Shown: positions 10,263 to 22,082, counted from the stretch's first letter. The stretch: 64,000 nucleotides of DNA from Flavobacteriales bacterium (GCA_020635815.1 JACJZB010000006.1:40192-104191); one strand, 5' to 3'. Made by a program: numbers and translations. The notes: generated from the sequence alone by a model not told the origin.

Positions 10263-11369
10263 ATGACCTTTACTACAATTAAATTCAACACCAAAAACCA
10301 ACCAGAATTCGTAAAAGAATTACGAAATAGAGTCAATAATTATTTTAAAGAGAATAAAATTTCAAAATACGCAAACACAAATATGGTCATCAAAACTGTG
10401 TTTATGTTAAGTTTATATTTCATTCCTTACTTTCTTATTCTCTTTAATATTACATCAAACTCTTGGATTACCTTATCTCTATGGCTATTTATGGGTATTG
10501 GTATGGCAGGTATTGGTTTTTCAATAATGCATGATGCCAATCATGGTGCATATTCTAAAAATAAAACTGTAAATAAGTATTTAGGCTTTTTAATAAATTT
10601 AATTGGTGGTAGCTCCGTAAATTGGAAAATTCAGCACAACGTTTTACATCATACCTATACAAATATTCATGAACACGATGAAGACATGGGAGATGGAGGT
10701 TTAATGCGTTTCTCTTACCATCAAAAGAGATTAAAAGCACATCGCTTTCAACAATTCTATGCATGGTTTTTATACAGTTTAATTACTGTTTCGTGGTCAA
10801 TTAAAAAAGATTTTATTCAATTAGAACGCTATAATAAAAAGGATTTTATAAAAACGCAAAACATAACTTATAGTAAAGCTAAAACAAGGTTAATTTTTGC
10901 AAAAATATTTTACTTGTCTTATGTACTTGTATTACCATTAATTTTTTCTACACAGGCTTGGTGGGTAACTATTTTATTTTATTTAGCTATGCATTTAGTT
11001 TGTGGTTTCGTAATTTCTATTATTTTTCAACTTGCACACATTGTCTCTGAAACCGAATTTCCGCTCCCTTCCAATCAAGGTAGTATGGAAAATAATTTTG
11101 CCGTTCATCAATTGTACACGACAGCAAATTTCGCTAAAAATAATAGAATTTTATCATGGTTTATTGGTGGTTTAAACTTCCAAATAGAGCATCATTTATT
11201 TCCGAATATTTGTCATATCCACTATCGAAAAATATCAAGTATTGTAAAACAAACAGCAAAAGAATATAACGTTCCTTATCATGGCGAAAATTCTTTATTT
11301 AAAGCACTATATAGTCATGGCAAATTACTAAGTCATTTAGGGAAAAATGATTTTGCTACCGTTAATTAA
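10263..11369 (+). CDS. Membrane fatty acid desaturase
   Basis: His boxes HDANH, HNVLHH and QIEHH. Confidence 0.92.
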   Translation: MTFTTIKFNTKNQPEFVKELRNRVNNYFKENKISKYANTNMVIKTVFMLSLYFIPYFLILFNITSNSWITLSLWLFMGIGMAGIGFSIMHDANHGAYSKNKTVNKYLGFLINLIGGSSVNWKIQHNVLHHTYTNIHEHDEDMGDGGLMRFSYHQKRLKAHRFQQFYAWFLYSLITVSWSIKKDFIQLERYNKKDFIKTQNITYSKAKTRLIFAKIFYLSYVLVLPLIFSTQAWWVTILFYLAMHLVCGFVISIIFQLAHIVSETEFPLPSNQGSMENNFAVHQLYTTANFAKNNRILSWFIGGLNFQIEHHLFPNICHIHYRKISSIVKQTAKEYNVPYHGENSLFKALYSHGKLLSHLGKNDFATVN

Positions 11370-11484
11370 ATAATGTAATTTTTCATTTTTTCTACTCGCT
11401 GAAAAATATTATTTTCACGCTACTTAAAAATGCAACCTTAGACCTACTTTTAGTGTCTTAGTGTTAACTATTATTTAATCTATT

Positions 11485-14400
11485 ATGAGAAATATATTTC
11501 TAATTTGTTTATTATTAATATTTACTACTGCTTGGGCTCAAAGAGGTAAAGATGGAGATAAAATTATTGCTACACAAAAAGTTGTCAACGCCTACACCTT
11601 TTTAACTGCAGACGCTAGTGCTGGTGACACTTCAATTACTGTAAATAGTAGTGCTTTAAATTCAAATTTTTCAGGAAATATTACATCTGGTGATTTAATT
11701 ATGATAATTCAAGTTCAAGGTGTTTCAATTATTGATATGGCTCATCCTAATCAAACACCTGATTGGGGAAGAATCACAAATTATAATAATTGTGGTAATT
11801 ACGAATTTGTTCAGGTAGAGAGCGTTCCTAACGGAACAACAATAAATTTCGATTGTGGGTTAATAAATAATTATACCGCCTCAGGAAATGTTATCATTGT
11901 TAGAGTTCCAAGATACAATACATTAACCATAAACCCTGGTGGAATATTAACAACTACACAATGGGATGGAACATCTGGAGGTATTTTAGCCGTTGAAGTT
12001 CTTGGTACAACAATTATAAATGCTCCTGGTAAAATTGATGTTTCTGAATTAGGTTTTAGAGGTGGGGTAGCTTATGATCCTCCAACAGATATTAGCGGAA
12101 GTGATAGATATGCTGATGATGACAGAACTGAAGGTGCAGAAAAAGGTGAAGGAATTGCTGGAGATCAAACAAATTATGTAAATAATTTTGAAGGTAAATT
12201 TAACAGAGGTGCTGCAGCTAATGCGGGTGGTGGTGCTAATGCTCATAATGCTGGTGGTGGTGGTGGTGCCAATGCAGGTAACCCAAGTATCTGGAATAAT
12301 GGAGTTGGTAATCCTGATATATCAAATGCCAACTACATTCAAGCATGGAATATGGAGAACTCTATTACAGGGTTAAATGCAACAACCGTTTCTTCTGGTG
12401 GTGGTCGAGGTGGTTATTCTTTTTTACAAGAAGATGAAGACGAACTTAATTTACCTCCTGGTCATCCTGATTGGGGCTCTTCAAAAAGAGAGGCCGTTGG
12501 TGGATTGGGAGGGAGACCTTTAGATTATTCTACTGGAAGAATTTTTATGGGGGGTGCTGGTGGTGCTGGTGAAGGAAATGACAATCAAGCTGGTGATGGC
12601 GGTAATGCTGGCGGTTTAATTTTCCTTAAAACTTACGATGGTATTTCTGGAGATGGAGATATTGCATCTAATGGTCAAGATGGAGGAAACTCTTTTGGCA
12701 ACGCTTCTTGGGGTCAATTAGCAGGAAAAGACGGTGCTGGTGGTGCTGGTGCTGGTGGCACTATAATTCTTCAAACAACCTCTACTGTTTCTTTAACTGG
12801 TCAAATTGTGGCAAGCGGAGGAAATGGTGGTAATCAAATATTAACCGCTGGTGCATTTGCAACTAAAGACGAAGGTGAAGGCCCTGGCGGAAGTGGTGGT
12901 GGTGGATATATTTCTATTTCTGCTGGTACTCCAACAATGGTTGTAACTCCTGGTATAAATGGAGTAACCGATGCTCCTTTTGTCTCTAACTTTCCTCCAA
13001 ACGGAGCAACTAATGGTGGAAGTGGAATTAGTGAAACAGGAGTAATTACAGCCTTTGATATTACCTCAAGTGATACTGCAATTTGCCCTAATACTTCTGT
13101 TGATCTAACGGCAACAATTATTGGAACTGCTCCAATTGGAGCTACTATTGAATGGTATGATGCCGAATTTAATGGAAACTTATTACAAACTGGAGCAAAC
13201 TACTCCACCCCTCTATTATCTTCAAACACAACTTATTATGTGAAAACTTGTCCAGGAGATTTTTCACTTGCTGTAAATGTAACGATGGATGCTTGTGGCG
13301 TGCCTCCTGCTTCTAGTTTTAGTTCTTCTGACAGCACTCTATGTTTAAGTGATTGTATTAGCTTTAACGACTTAAGCACAAACTCTCCTACATCATGGAC
13401 TTGGTACTTCTTTGGGTCAGATTCTCTCACAAGTACTCAACAAAATCCAACTAATATTTGTTACAATTCAACAGGATATTTCCCAGTCGCATTAGTTTCA
13501 ACTAATGGTTCAGGTAGCGACTCATTGTATATAGATTCTTTTATAGTTGTTACGAAACCGATTGTGATTGCAAATGCAACAGATACCACTATTTGCAGTG
13601 GAGATAGTATTATCTTATTTGGTAGCGGTAGCCCTGTAAATAATTATAGCTGGTTACCATCAATTACCGACAGTATAATATTTAGCCCCACTACTACTCA
13701 GTTATATACAGTTACAGGTACTGATTCTAATCTATGTACAACTACAGATACAATTACTGTTCATGTTTTACCATTAGTCACTCCTACTTTTACGCAACTA
13801 GGGCCTTATTGTGTTGGTGATACGCCTGATGTTTTACCAACCACTTCTAATAATGGTGTCGCTGGTTCTTGGGATGCGGCTATTTCTACCGCTGCAACAG
13901 GTACTACTACTTATACTTTTACACCTTCGGGATCAGGATGTGCTACTACTGCTACTATGGATGTAGATGTTAGTTCTTCTATCACTCCTACTTTTACGCA
14001 ACTAGGACCTTATTGTATTGGTGATACGCCTGATGTTTTACCAACCACTTCTAATAATGGTGTCGCTGGTTCTTGGGATGCGGCTATTTCTACCGCTGCA
14101 ACAGGTACTACTACTTATACTTTTACACCTTCGGGATCAGGATGTGCTACTACTGCTACTATGGATGTAGATGTTAGTTCTTCTATCACTCCTACTTTTA
14201 CGCAACTAGGGCCTTATTGTGTTGGTGATACGCCTGATGTTTTACCAACCACTTCTAATAATGGTGTCGCTGGTTCTTGGGATGCGGCTATTTCTACCGC
14301 TGCAACAGGTACTACTACTTATACTTTTACACCTTCGGGATCAGGATGTGCTACTACTGCTACTATGGATGTAGATGTTAGTTCTTCTATCACTCCTACT

Positions 14401-15501
14401 TTTACGCAACTAGGACCTTATTGTATTGGTGATACGCCTGATGTTTTACCAACCACTTCTAATAATGGTGTCGCTGGTTCTTGGGATGCGGCTATTTCTA
14501 CCGCTGCAACAGGTACTACTACTTATACTTTTACACCTTCGGGATCAGGATGTGCTACTACTGCTACTATGGATGTAGATGTTAGTTCTTCTATCACTCC
14601 TACTTTTACGCAACTAGGACCTTATTGTATTGGTGATACGCCTGATGTTTTACCAACCACTTCTAATAATGGTGTCGCTGGTTCTTGGGATGCGGCTATT
14701 TCTACCGCTGCAACAGGTACTACTACTTATACTTTTACACCTTCGGGATCAGGATGTGCTACTACTGCTACTATGGATGTAGATGTTAGTTCTTCTATCA
14801 CTCCTACTTTTACGCAACTAGGACCTTATTGTATTGGTGATACGCCTGATGTTTTACCAACCACTTCTAATAATGGTGTCGCTGGTTCTTGGGATGCGGC
14901 TATTTCTACCGCTGCAACAGGTACTACTACTTATACTTTTACACCTTCGGGATCAGGATGTGCTACTACTGCTACTATGGATGTAGATGTTAGTTCTTCT
15001 ATCACTCCTACTTTTACGCAACTAGGGCCTTATTGTGTTGGTGATACGCCTGATGTTTTACCAACCACTTCTAATAATGGTGTCGCTGGTTCTTGGGATG
15101 CGGCTATTTCTACCGCTGCAACAGGTACTACTACTTATACTTTTACACCTTCGGGATCAGGATGTGCTACTACTGCTACTATGGATGTGTCTATATCAAT
15201 TTGTTCACAACCAAATATTGCAATTGAACCTGTGGTTATTATTCCATCCGTGTTTACACCAAATATTGATGGTCATAATGACCAATTTAATATTTCAGGA
15301 GTCGGTATTACTGTACTTCACATTAAGATATTTAATAGATGGGGAGAACTTATTTTTGAAACTAACCAATTAAATGAAGGTTGGAATGGAAGAACTACTT
15401 CAGGAACAGAAGTACCCGAAGGAACTTATTTCTATATTGCCACAGTAACTACCACAAATGGTGAAGAATCACACCATGGTTCAATTACATTAATTAGATA
15501 A
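11485..15501 (+). CDS. Large surface adhesin-like protein: Gly-rich domain, PKD domain, 7 tandem repeats, T9SS type B (gliding-motility-associated) CTD
   Basis: Signal peptide; PKD-like SWTWYF; C-terminal PSVFTPN.DG.ND...IFNRWGE...GTYFY...GSITLIR. Confidence 0.88.
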   Translation: MRNIFLICLLLIFTTAWAQRGKDGDKIIATQKVVNAYTFLTADASAGDTSITVNSSALNSNFSGNITSGDLIMIIQVQGVSIIDMAHPNQTPDWGRITNYNNCGNYEFVQVESVPNGTTINFDCGLINNYTASGNVIIVRVPRYNTLTINPGGILTTTQWDGTSGGILAVEVLGTTIINAPGKIDVSELGFRGGVAYDPPTDISGSDRYADDDRTEGAEKGEGIAGDQTNYVNNFEGKFNRGAAANAGGGANAHNAGGGGGANAGNPSIWNNGVGNPDISNANYIQAWNMENSITGLNATTVSSGGGRGGYSFLQEDEDELNLPPGHPDWGSSKREAVGGLGGRPLDYSTGRIFMGGAGGAGEGNDNQAGDGGNAGGLIFLKTYDGISGDGDIASNGQDGGNSFGNASWGQLAGKDGAGGAGAGGTIILQTTSTVSLTGQIVASGGNGGNQILTAGAFATKDEGEGPGGSGGGGYISISAGTPTMVVTPGINGVTDAPFVSNFPPNGATNGGSGISETGVITAFDITSSDTAICPNTSVDLTATIIGTAPIGATIEWYDAEFNGNLLQTGANYSTPLLSSNTTYYVKTCPGDFSLAVNVTMDACGVPPASSFSSSDSTLCLSDCISFNDLSTNSPTSWTWYFFGSDSLTSTQQNPTNICYNSTGYFPVALVSTNGSGSDSLYIDSFIVVTKPIVIANATDTTICSGDSIILFGSGSPVNNYSWLPSITDSIIFSPTTTQLYTVTGTDSNLCTTTDTITVHVLPLVTPTFTQLGPYCVGDTPDVLPTTSNNGVAGSWDAAISTAATGTTTYTFTPSGSGCATTATMDVDVSSSITPTFTQLGPYCIGDTPDVLPTTSNNGVAGSWDAAISTAATGTTTYTFTPSGSGCATTATMDVDVSSSITPTFTQLGPYCVGDTPDVLPTTSNNGVAGSWDAAISTAATGTTTYTFTPSGSGCATTATMDVDVSSSITPTFTQLGPYCIGDTPDVLPTTSNNGVAGSWDAAISTAATGTTTYTFTPSGSGCATTATMDVDVSSSITPTFTQLGPYCIGDTPDVLPTTSNNGVAGSWDAAISTAATGTTTYTFTPSGSGCATTATMDVDVSSSITPTFTQLGPYCIGDTPDVLPTTSNNGVAGSWDAAISTAATGTTTYTFTPSGSGCATTATMDVDVSSSITPTFTQLGPYCVGDTPDVLPTTSNNGVAGSWDAAISTAATGTTTYTFTPSGSGCATTATMDVSISICSQPNIAIEPVVIIPSVFTPNIDGHNDQFNISGVGITVLHIKIFNRWGELIFETNQLNEGWNGRTTSGTEVPEGTYFYIATVTTTNGEESHHGSITLIR
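13780..15188 (+). repeat. Seven near-identical 204-bp (68-aa) tandem repeats
   Basis: Units start at 13780, 13984, 14188, 14392, 14596, 14800 and 15004. Confidence 0.95.
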
Positions 15502-15506
15502 TTAAT

Positions 15507-15552
15507 AAAGCATAAAAAAACCGAAGCAATTGCTTCGGTTTTTTTATGCTTT
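15507..15552. terminator. Bidirectional terminator between adhesin gene and dnaK
   Basis: AAAGCATAAAAAAACCGAAGCAATTGCTTCGGTTTTTTTATGCTTT palindrome. Confidence 0.9.
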
Positions 15553-15572
15553 ATGCTTTTTAGAGAAGCTTA

Positions 15573-17483
15573 TTATTTTTTGTCTTCTGTAACTTCTTCA
15601 AAATCTACATCAGTAACTTCATCATCTCCTCCCGCACTATTTCCTCCAGCATCTGCTTGAGCTCCAGCTCCTTCTTGCTGTTGTTGAGCATTATACATCT
15701 CTTGAGAAGCAGCTTGAAAAACAGTATTCAATTTTTCAATGCCAGCTTTCATAGCTTCTACATCTTTAGCTTCATGAGATTTTTTCAATTCAGCTAATGC
15801 ATCCTCAATTGGTTGTTTTTTGTCAGCTGGAATTTTATCCCCATATTCTTTCAATTGCTTTTCTGTTTGGAATATTAAGCTATCAGCTTGATTTACAGTT
15901 TCAGCATTTTCTTTTGCTAACTTATCAGCTTCAGCATTTTCTTCAGCCTCACGTTTCATTTTAGCAATTTCTTCATCACTTAATCCAGAAGATGCTTCAA
16001 TTCTAATGCTTTGCTCTTTTCCTGTAGCTTTATCTTTAGCAGAAATATTCATCAATCCATTTGCATCAATATCAAAAGTTACTTCAATTTGAGGAACTCC
16101 TCTTGGTGCTGGTGGAATATCAGTTAATTGAAATCTACCTAGCGACTTATTATCATTTGCCATAGGTCTTTCTCCTTGCAACACATGAATATCAACTGCA
16201 GGTTGATTATCCGAAGCTGTTGAGAATGTTTCTGACTTCTTCGAAGGGATTGTTGTATTCGCTTCAATTAATTTAGTGAACACTCCACCCATTGTTTCTA
16301 TTCCTAAAGATAAAGGTGTTACATCAAGTAACAATACATCTTTAACCTCTCCTGTTAAAACACCACCTTGAATAGCTGCTCCAATAGCAACAACTTCATC
16401 AGGGTTTACCCCTTTACTTGGTTCTTTACCAAAGAATTTTTTTACTGCGTCTTGAACCGCAGGTATTCTTGTTGAACCACCTACTAAGATAATTTCATCG
16501 ATATCACCAGTAGAATAACCTGCATTTTTTAATGCTGATTTACAAGGTTCAATTGTTCTTTTAATTAAACTATCTGCTAATTGCTCAAATTGAGATCTTG
16601 TTAATGTTTTAACCAAGTGCTTTGGTCCAGCAGCAGTTACAGTAACATATGGTAAGTTAATTTCAGATTGCGTTGTACTTGAAAGTTCGATTTTAGCTTT
16701 TTCTGCAGCTTCTTTTAAACGCTGTAAAGCCATAGGATCTTTACGTAAATCAACAGATTCATCTTTATTAAATTCATCCGCTAACCAATCAATAATTACT
16801 TGGTCAAAATCATCTCCACCTAGATGAGTATCTCCATCTGTAGATTTCACTTCAAATACGCCGTCACCTAATTCTAAAACAGAAACGTCATGCGTACCTC
16901 CACCGCAGTCAAAAACTGCAATCTTCATATCTTTATCTTTCTTATCAAGTCCATAAGCTAAAGCAGCAGCGGTTGGTTCGTTTATAATTCTTTTAACCGT
17001 TAACCCTGCTATCTCTCCTGCTTCTTTCGTTGCTTGTCTTTGCGAATCGTTAAAATATGCAGGAACTGTAATAACAGCCTCTGAAACAGTTTGTCCTAAA
17101 TAATCTTCTGCTGTTTTCTTCATTTTTTGAAGAACCATTGCTGAAATTTCTTGAGGAGTGTATAATCTATCATCAATTTTTACTCGTGGAGTATTGTTGT
17201 CTCCTTTTTCAACTTTATAAGATGATCTTTTAATTTCTTCAGCAACTTGATCAAAAGTGTTTCCCATAAAACGCTTTATCGAAGAAATTGTTTTTGTTGG
17301 ATTTGTAATCGCTTGACGTTTTGCAGGATCTCCTACTGCTCTTTCTCCTCCCTCTATAAAAGCCACAATTGATGGCGTTGTTCTTTTACCTTCAGCATTA
17401 GGAATAACCACTGGCTCATTTCCTTCCATTACAGAAACACATGAGTTTGTTGTTCCTAAATCTATTCCAATAATTTTACCCAT
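15573..17483 (-). CDS. dnaK: Chaperone DnaK (Hsp70)
   Basis: [29 protein letters not shown] and [14 protein letters not shown]; likely start ATG 17483 (ORF track opens at 17534). Confidence 0.98.
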   Translation of the reverse strand: MGKIIGIDLGTTNSCVSVMEGNEPVVIPNAEGKRTTPSIVAFIEGGERAVGDPAKRQAITNPTKTISSIKRFMGNTFDQVAEEIKRSSYKVEKGDNNTPRVKIDDRLYTPQEISAMVLQKMKKTAEDYLGQTVSEAVITVPAYFNDSQRQATKEAGEIAGLTVKRIINEPTAAALAYGLDKKDKDMKIAVFDCGGGTHDVSVLELGDGVFEVKSTDGDTHLGGDDFDQVIIDWLADEFNKDESVDLRKDPMALQRLKEAAEKAKIELSSTTQSEINLPYVTVTAAGPKHLVKTLTRSQFEQLADSLIKRTIEPCKSALKNAGYSTGDIDEIILVGGSTRIPAVQDAVKKFFGKEPSKGVNPDEVVAIGAAIQGGVLTGEVKDVLLLDVTPLSLGIETMGGVFTKLIEANTTIPSKKSETFSTASDNQPAVDIHVLQGERPMANDNKSLGRFQLTDIPPAPRGVPQIEVTFDIDANGLMNISAKDKATGKEQSIRIEASSGLSDEEIAKMKREAEENAEADKLAKENAETVNQADSLIFQTEKQLKEYGDKIPADKKQPIEDALAELKKSHEAKDVEAMKAGIEKLNTVFQAASQEMYNAQQQQEGAGAQADAGGNSAGGDDEVTDVDFEEVTEDKK

Positions 17484-17530
17484 TGTATTTAATTTTAATT
17501 TATAAACATTTTTAATTCGTTTGGTATTAG

Positions 17531-17546
17531 TCAAATGTTATGCCAA
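17531..17546 (-). promoter_or_regulatory. Sigma54-like -24/-12 promoter upstream of dnaK
   Basis: Minus strand TTGGCATAACATTTGA; GG-N10-GA spacing. Confidence 0.45.
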
Positions 17547-17623
17547 TGGATTTTGATAGAAAATTTGTCAGTTTTGCTTTGTTAATACTAAATTTAGTGA
17601 CAACATCAGTGACATTAAGTCAT

Positions 17624-17650
17624 AAAAAACCTCAATATCATATTGAGGTT
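17624..17650 (-). terminator. Terminator of 17677-18756 gene
   Basis: AACCTCAATA-TCA-TATTGAGGTT with an A-run on the left. Confidence 0.7.
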
Positions 17651-17676
17651 CTTAAAATTTTAATGAATGTTTTCTA

Positions 17677-18756
17677 TTACTGACAAACATTTTGAGGACT
17701 AGAGCCTGAACCTATTTGAATTTCTGTACAAAAGTCTCTTCCCATGGTAATAATTTTTTTCAACGTATGTTCTCCTAAATTTAACCTTCCATCATAACTT
17801 GGTAGAGTTGGGTTGTATATTGCATCTATTGAAGTTTTTCTTAAAAGTATTCTTGAAGAAAATAAGCCCAGTCCATTAGTAATATTGGTAAAGTCTGGTT
17901 TATTTTGACTTCCGATTGAAGGATCATTTACCGACATATATGTGCTTAAATCGATTCCGGCAACTGTAAATTCTACTGTAGCATTATTAATTTTTCTTTT
18001 ATATAAATTTGCTGTGGTTGTAGGTATCTGAGATTCAATAGCTGAAAACAATGTATTTCCTGTAATATCAAATGATAAGTTATTCCCATGAAGATTAGTT
18101 GCTAATTCTTCTCCCATAGGAATTCTAATTGATTTTTCTATAGAATCAGCTCCATTAGTATAAAACTCTGTATAGTTAAAAATAAACTCTGCTTTAATAC
18201 GTCCTAAATTTTCACTAGGAATTACAGTAAAAGTATATAGTAATGATGCACCAGATTGGTCTCTAAGTTTTATTTCATTAAAATTATTAACATAAGGAAG
18301 CTCAACAATGTCAGTTTCTGCTGTAACTGTTTTTTGTAAAGCAATGTTATAAATAGATAGCTTATAGGTGTTATCTTCGTTTAAATTCGCCTCAGTAAAT
18401 TTGTATAAAACATTTGTTGTATTATCAAAAATGCCATTGTCTTTAGGTATATCATTAACAACCCTATCTAGCTTATACTCACCCACATAAACACCTGAAG
18501 GCTTATATTCTTCTATTTTCACACTAATTGCACCATCAGCATAATTATAGTTATTTGCATCATTTGCTAAATCGTAAGCACTAGCATCTCCTATAAAACC
18601 TTTATTAATTTTAATATAATGGTCTGTATCAGTAGGGTCTAGTAATCCATATACAATTGTCATGTCTTTATATTCAGCATTTGTTTTAATATCTGTTTCA
18701 CAAGAAGTAAAAATAATAGCTGTAATTAAAGTTGCAAAAAGCATTAATTTTCTCAT
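17677..18756 (-). CDS. Lipoprotein (DUF4249-like)
   Basis: Lipobox FTSC; IVYGLL..; TNITNGLGLFSS. Confidence 0.7.
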   Translation of the reverse strand: MRKLMLFATLITAIIFTSCETDIKTNAEYKDMTIVYGLLDPTDTDHYIKINKGFIGDASAYDLANDANNYNYADGAISVKIEEYKPSGVYVGEYKLDRVVNDIPKDNGIFDNTTNVLYKFTEANLNEDNTYKLSIYNIALQKTVTAETDIVELPYVNNFNEIKLRDQSGASLLYTFTVIPSENLGRIKAEFIFNYTEFYTNGADSIEKSIRIPMGEELATNLHGNNLSFDITGNTLFSAIESQIPTTTANLYKRKINNATVEFTVAGIDLSTYMSVNDPSIGSQNKPDFTNITNGLGLFSSRILLRKTSIDAIYNPTLPSYDGRLNLGEHTLKKIITMGRDFCTEIQIGSGSSPQNVCQ

Positions 18757-18889
18757 ATCTATAAAAATGATGTATGCAAATTTATCATTTTAAATTTAAC
18801 CAAACATATTTTGTAGCTTTGTCATCTATATATTTTATTAGTGGTTAATTAGCTAATTAAACGGTTTAATATTTAAAATAAAGGTACTT

Positions 18890-19708
18890 ATGTCAGTTCA
18901 TAAAAGCGATATAAAACGAGTTACGACTCATGTTTTACAAGAAATGAAGTTAAAAGGAGAAAAAATAGCAATGCTAACTGGCTATGATTTTTCAATGGCA
19001 AAAATTATTGATAATGCTGGTATTGATATAATCTTAGTTGGTGATTCTGCTTCTAATGTAATGGCTGGACATGAAACTACCTTACCCATTACTTTAGACC
19101 AAATGATTTACCATGCATCTTCTGTTATTAGAGCAGTAGAAAGGGCTTTAGTGGTTGTTGATTTACCTTTTGGGGCTTATCAAGGAAACTCTAAAGAAGC
19201 TCTAACATCTTCTATTCGTATTATGAAAGAATCTGGAGCTCATGCGGTAAAACTTGAAGGTGGTGAGGAAATTTTAGAATCTGTAAAAAGAATTTTATCT
19301 GCTGGTATTCCTGTAATGGGTCACTTAGGTTTAATGCCTCAGTCTATCTATAAATATGGAACTTACGTTGTAAGAGCAAAAGAAAATGAAGAAGCAGACA
19401 AACTTATTGAAGATGCTAAGCTTTTAGAGGAAGCTGGTTGTTTTGCAATTGTTCTAGAAAAAATACCTGCTTCCTTAGCTACAAGAGTAGCTCAAGAAGT
19501 TAAAATTCCTGTAATTGGTATTGGTGCTGGAAATGGCGTTGACGGGCAAGTTTTAGTTGTGCATGATATGTTAGGAATAACTCACGAATTTAGCCCCCGT
19601 TTTTTAAGGCGATACAATAACCTTTATGAAGAAATTAAAGGGTCAGTTGAAAACTACATAAAAGATGTTAAAACTCTTGATTTCCCTAATGATAAAGAAC
19701 AGTATTAA
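18890..19708 (+). CDS. panB: 3-methyl-2-oxobutanoate hydroxymethyltransferase
   Basis: MLTGYD, ILVGDS, AVKLEGG, GHLGL, GIGAG and DGQVLV motifs. Confidence 0.97.
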   Translation: MSVHKSDIKRVTTHVLQEMKLKGEKIAMLTGYDFSMAKIIDNAGIDIILVGDSASNVMAGHETTLPITLDQMIYHASSVIRAVERALVVVDLPFGAYQGNSKEALTSSIRIMKESGAHAVKLEGGEEILESVKRILSAGIPVMGHLGLMPQSIYKYGTYVVRAKENEEADKLIEDAKLLEEAGCFAIVLEKIPASLATRVAQEVKIPVIGIGAGNGVDGQVLVVHDMLGITHEFSPRFLRRYNNLYEEIKGSVENYIKDVKTLDFPNDKEQY

Positions 19709-19785
19709 TTCTTAACAAAAAACAGAAAATATATTACTTTTTAAACAAATTGTTTTAAATCAATACATTTTTTTAAATTTAACCT

Positions 19786-21366
19786 ATGAGAAAAAGTTTA
19801 CCTTTTTTTTATATAGGTTTTTTTATAGCTTTTGGATATGATATACATGCCCAAAAGCTACATTATGAGCTTCCTGAAAATGCGTCAAAGCTCTACAATT
19901 CTGGCAATTATGTAAAAGCACTGGAGCTTTATCGAGGCCTCCATAAGAAAAATCTTAAAGATGTTAAAAACACTTATTATTTTGGTGTATGCCTAATTAA
20001 TACACATGAATATGATGATGGCATTAAGACACTTGAAAAAATTGCTTCAAAACCAAATTGTCCAGACGAAGTTTGGTTTCATTTGGCAAAAGGTTACCAC
20101 TACACACTCCGATTTGACAAAGCAATAGCTTATTTTAAAAAATTTATTGCTTTAACTAAAGATGAAAAATTAACAAGTGAGTCGAATCGACTTATTGAAA
20201 TGTGCGTAAATGCAAAAAACCTAGTCAAAAATCCGGTAAATGTAAATTTTGAAAATATTGGAGATAGAATAAACTCAAAAGGAAAAGACTATTTACCTTT
20301 TATAACTGATAATGAATCTTTACTCCATTTTACAACACGTAGAGAAGGAACAACTGGCAGAATTTATGATATAGAAGGTTATTATACTTCTGATATTTAT
20401 ACCGCTAAATACAAATACGAAAAATGGAGTAAAACCCGTTCTGTAGGCTACCCCAATTCTTATGGTAATGAATTTACAGCTGGAGTTTCTGAAGATGGAG
20501 AGAAAATATTTTACTACCTTAATAATCCTGACAATAAAAATATCTTACATATTTCTAGGAAAAGTAAATCTTCTTTTAAAAAATCTGAAGAAATTAAAAG
20601 CAAAAGTATAAACAACAAAAGTAGTAATCAAAACGCAGCAACAATTACAAACGATGAGAGCACTCTTATTTTTAGTAGCAATAGAGATGGTGGTGCAGGT
20701 GGTTTTGATCTTTATACGTGTAAAAAACTTCCTAATGGTAAGTGGGGAGAGCCTTTAGGCTTAAGTTCAAACATAAACTCTATAGCTAACGAAAACTACC
20801 CTTATTTAACTGACAACGGTAAAACTTTATATTTTGCTTCAGATGGTTTTAATAGTATGGGGGGCTATGATATTTTTAAATCTACCTATAATGAAGAAAC
20901 AAACGAATGGTCTTCTCCTATCAATATTGGATATCCCATAAACACTCCAATTGATGATTATAATATTTGCTTCACAAATGATAAAAAGTTTGCCTACATT
21001 GCTGCTATTCGTAATGATTCTTATGGCGATTATGATATTTACAAAATAAATTTTGAAGAAACACCAGCTCAACTATCAACTATAAAAGGTTATGTCCTAA
21101 ATTCAGATTCAACTATTTTAGAATCTCCTATTCACATAGAAGTTTTTAACACCGAAACTGGAGATTTGCAAGGAATTTATGATAGCACAAAAAAAGGATC
21201 TTACATTATGATTTTACCTCCAGGTCAATACAACGTGGTTGCTGAGATTCCAAACAAAGGTACTTTTCAAGAAAAACTCCACATAAAAGATAGAAAATTG
21301 TTTAAACCTGAGATATCTCGGAATATTCGAATTAACTTTGTTCAAGAATTAGAACAAAGCCATTAA
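19786..21366 (+). CDS. TPR + PD40 (WD40-like) repeat exported protein
   Basis: TPR N-terminus; repeated FSSNRDGGAGGFDLY / YFASDG..SMGGYDIF. Confidence 0.82.
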   Translation: MRKSLPFFYIGFFIAFGYDIHAQKLHYELPENASKLYNSGNYVKALELYRGLHKKNLKDVKNTYYFGVCLINTHEYDDGIKTLEKIASKPNCPDEVWFHLAKGYHYTLRFDKAIAYFKKFIALTKDEKLTSESNRLIEMCVNAKNLVKNPVNVNFENIGDRINSKGKDYLPFITDNESLLHFTTRREGTTGRIYDIEGYYTSDIYTAKYKYEKWSKTRSVGYPNSYGNEFTAGVSEDGEKIFYYLNNPDNKNILHISRKSKSSFKKSEEIKSKSINNKSSNQNAATITNDESTLIFSSNRDGGAGGFDLYTCKKLPNGKWGEPLGLSSNINSIANENYPYLTDNGKTLYFASDGFNSMGGYDIFKSTYNEETNEWSSPINIGYPINTPIDDYNICFTNDKKFAYIAAIRNDSYGDYDIYKINFEETPAQLSTIKGYVLNSDSTILESPIHIEVFNTETGDLQGIYDSTKKGSYIMILPPGQYNVVAEIPNKGTFQEKLHIKDRKLFKPEISRNIRINFVQELEQSH

Positions 21367-21377
21367 CGATTATTTAT

Positions 21378-22082
21378 TTGATGACCACAGTTGAAAATCT
21401 TGAAGTACTCTATGAAGATAATCACATCATAGCTGTTAATAAAAGGTCGTCTGACATTGTGCAAGGAGATAAGACTGGAGATACTCCACTAAACGAAATT
21501 GTTAAGCAATACATCAAAATTAAGTACAATAAACCTGGTGATGTTTATTTGGGCACTATTCATCGTATTGATAGACCTGTAAGTGGAGTAGTTTTATTTG
21601 CTAAAACAAGTAAAGCACTTGAACGTTTAAACAAAATGTTTAAAGAAAAGACCATTCAAAAAACTTATTGGGCTATTGTAAAAAATCAGCCAGAGCAGAA
21701 TGAAGCTCATCTTATTCATTACTTAAAGAAAAACGAAAAAAACAACAAATCATCTGCTTTTATTAAAGAAAAAGGTGATGCAAAGAAGTCTGAATTAAAA
21801 TATAAAGTGATCCATCAATTCGACAATTTCTTTTTGTTAGAGGTAACACCATACACAGGACGTCATCATCAAATTAGAGTACAACTATCTGCCATTAATT
21901 GTCCTATAAAAGGAGATTTAAAATACGGTTCTAATCGTTCTAACAAAGATGCCTCAATAAGTTTACATGCACGAAAAATAGAATTTATTCATCCTGTAAA
22001 AAAAGAATCGCTTACCATTGTAGCTAACCCTAACACTACGGATAGCTTATGGAATGAAGCTGTTAAAGTGTTTAGCAGTTAA
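21378..22082 (+). CDS. RluA-family pseudouridine synthase
   Basis: HRIDRPVSG and TGRHHQIR motifs. Confidence 0.92.
   Translation: MMTTVENLEVLYEDNHIIAVNKRSSDIVQGDKTGDTPLNEIVKQYIKIKYNKPGDVYLGTIHRIDRPVSGVVLFAKTSKALERLNKMFKEKTIQKTYWAIVKNQPEQNEAHLIHYLKKNEKNNKSSAFIKEKGDAKKSELKYKVIHQFDNFFLLEVTPYTGRHHQIRVQLSAINCPIKGDLKYGSNRSNKDASISLHARKIEFIHPVKKESLTIVANPNTTDSLWNEAVKVFSS

Noticed and set aside
13780-15188. Regular repeats as a CRISPR array
   Set aside because: 204-bp in-frame coding units with no unique spacers and no cas genes
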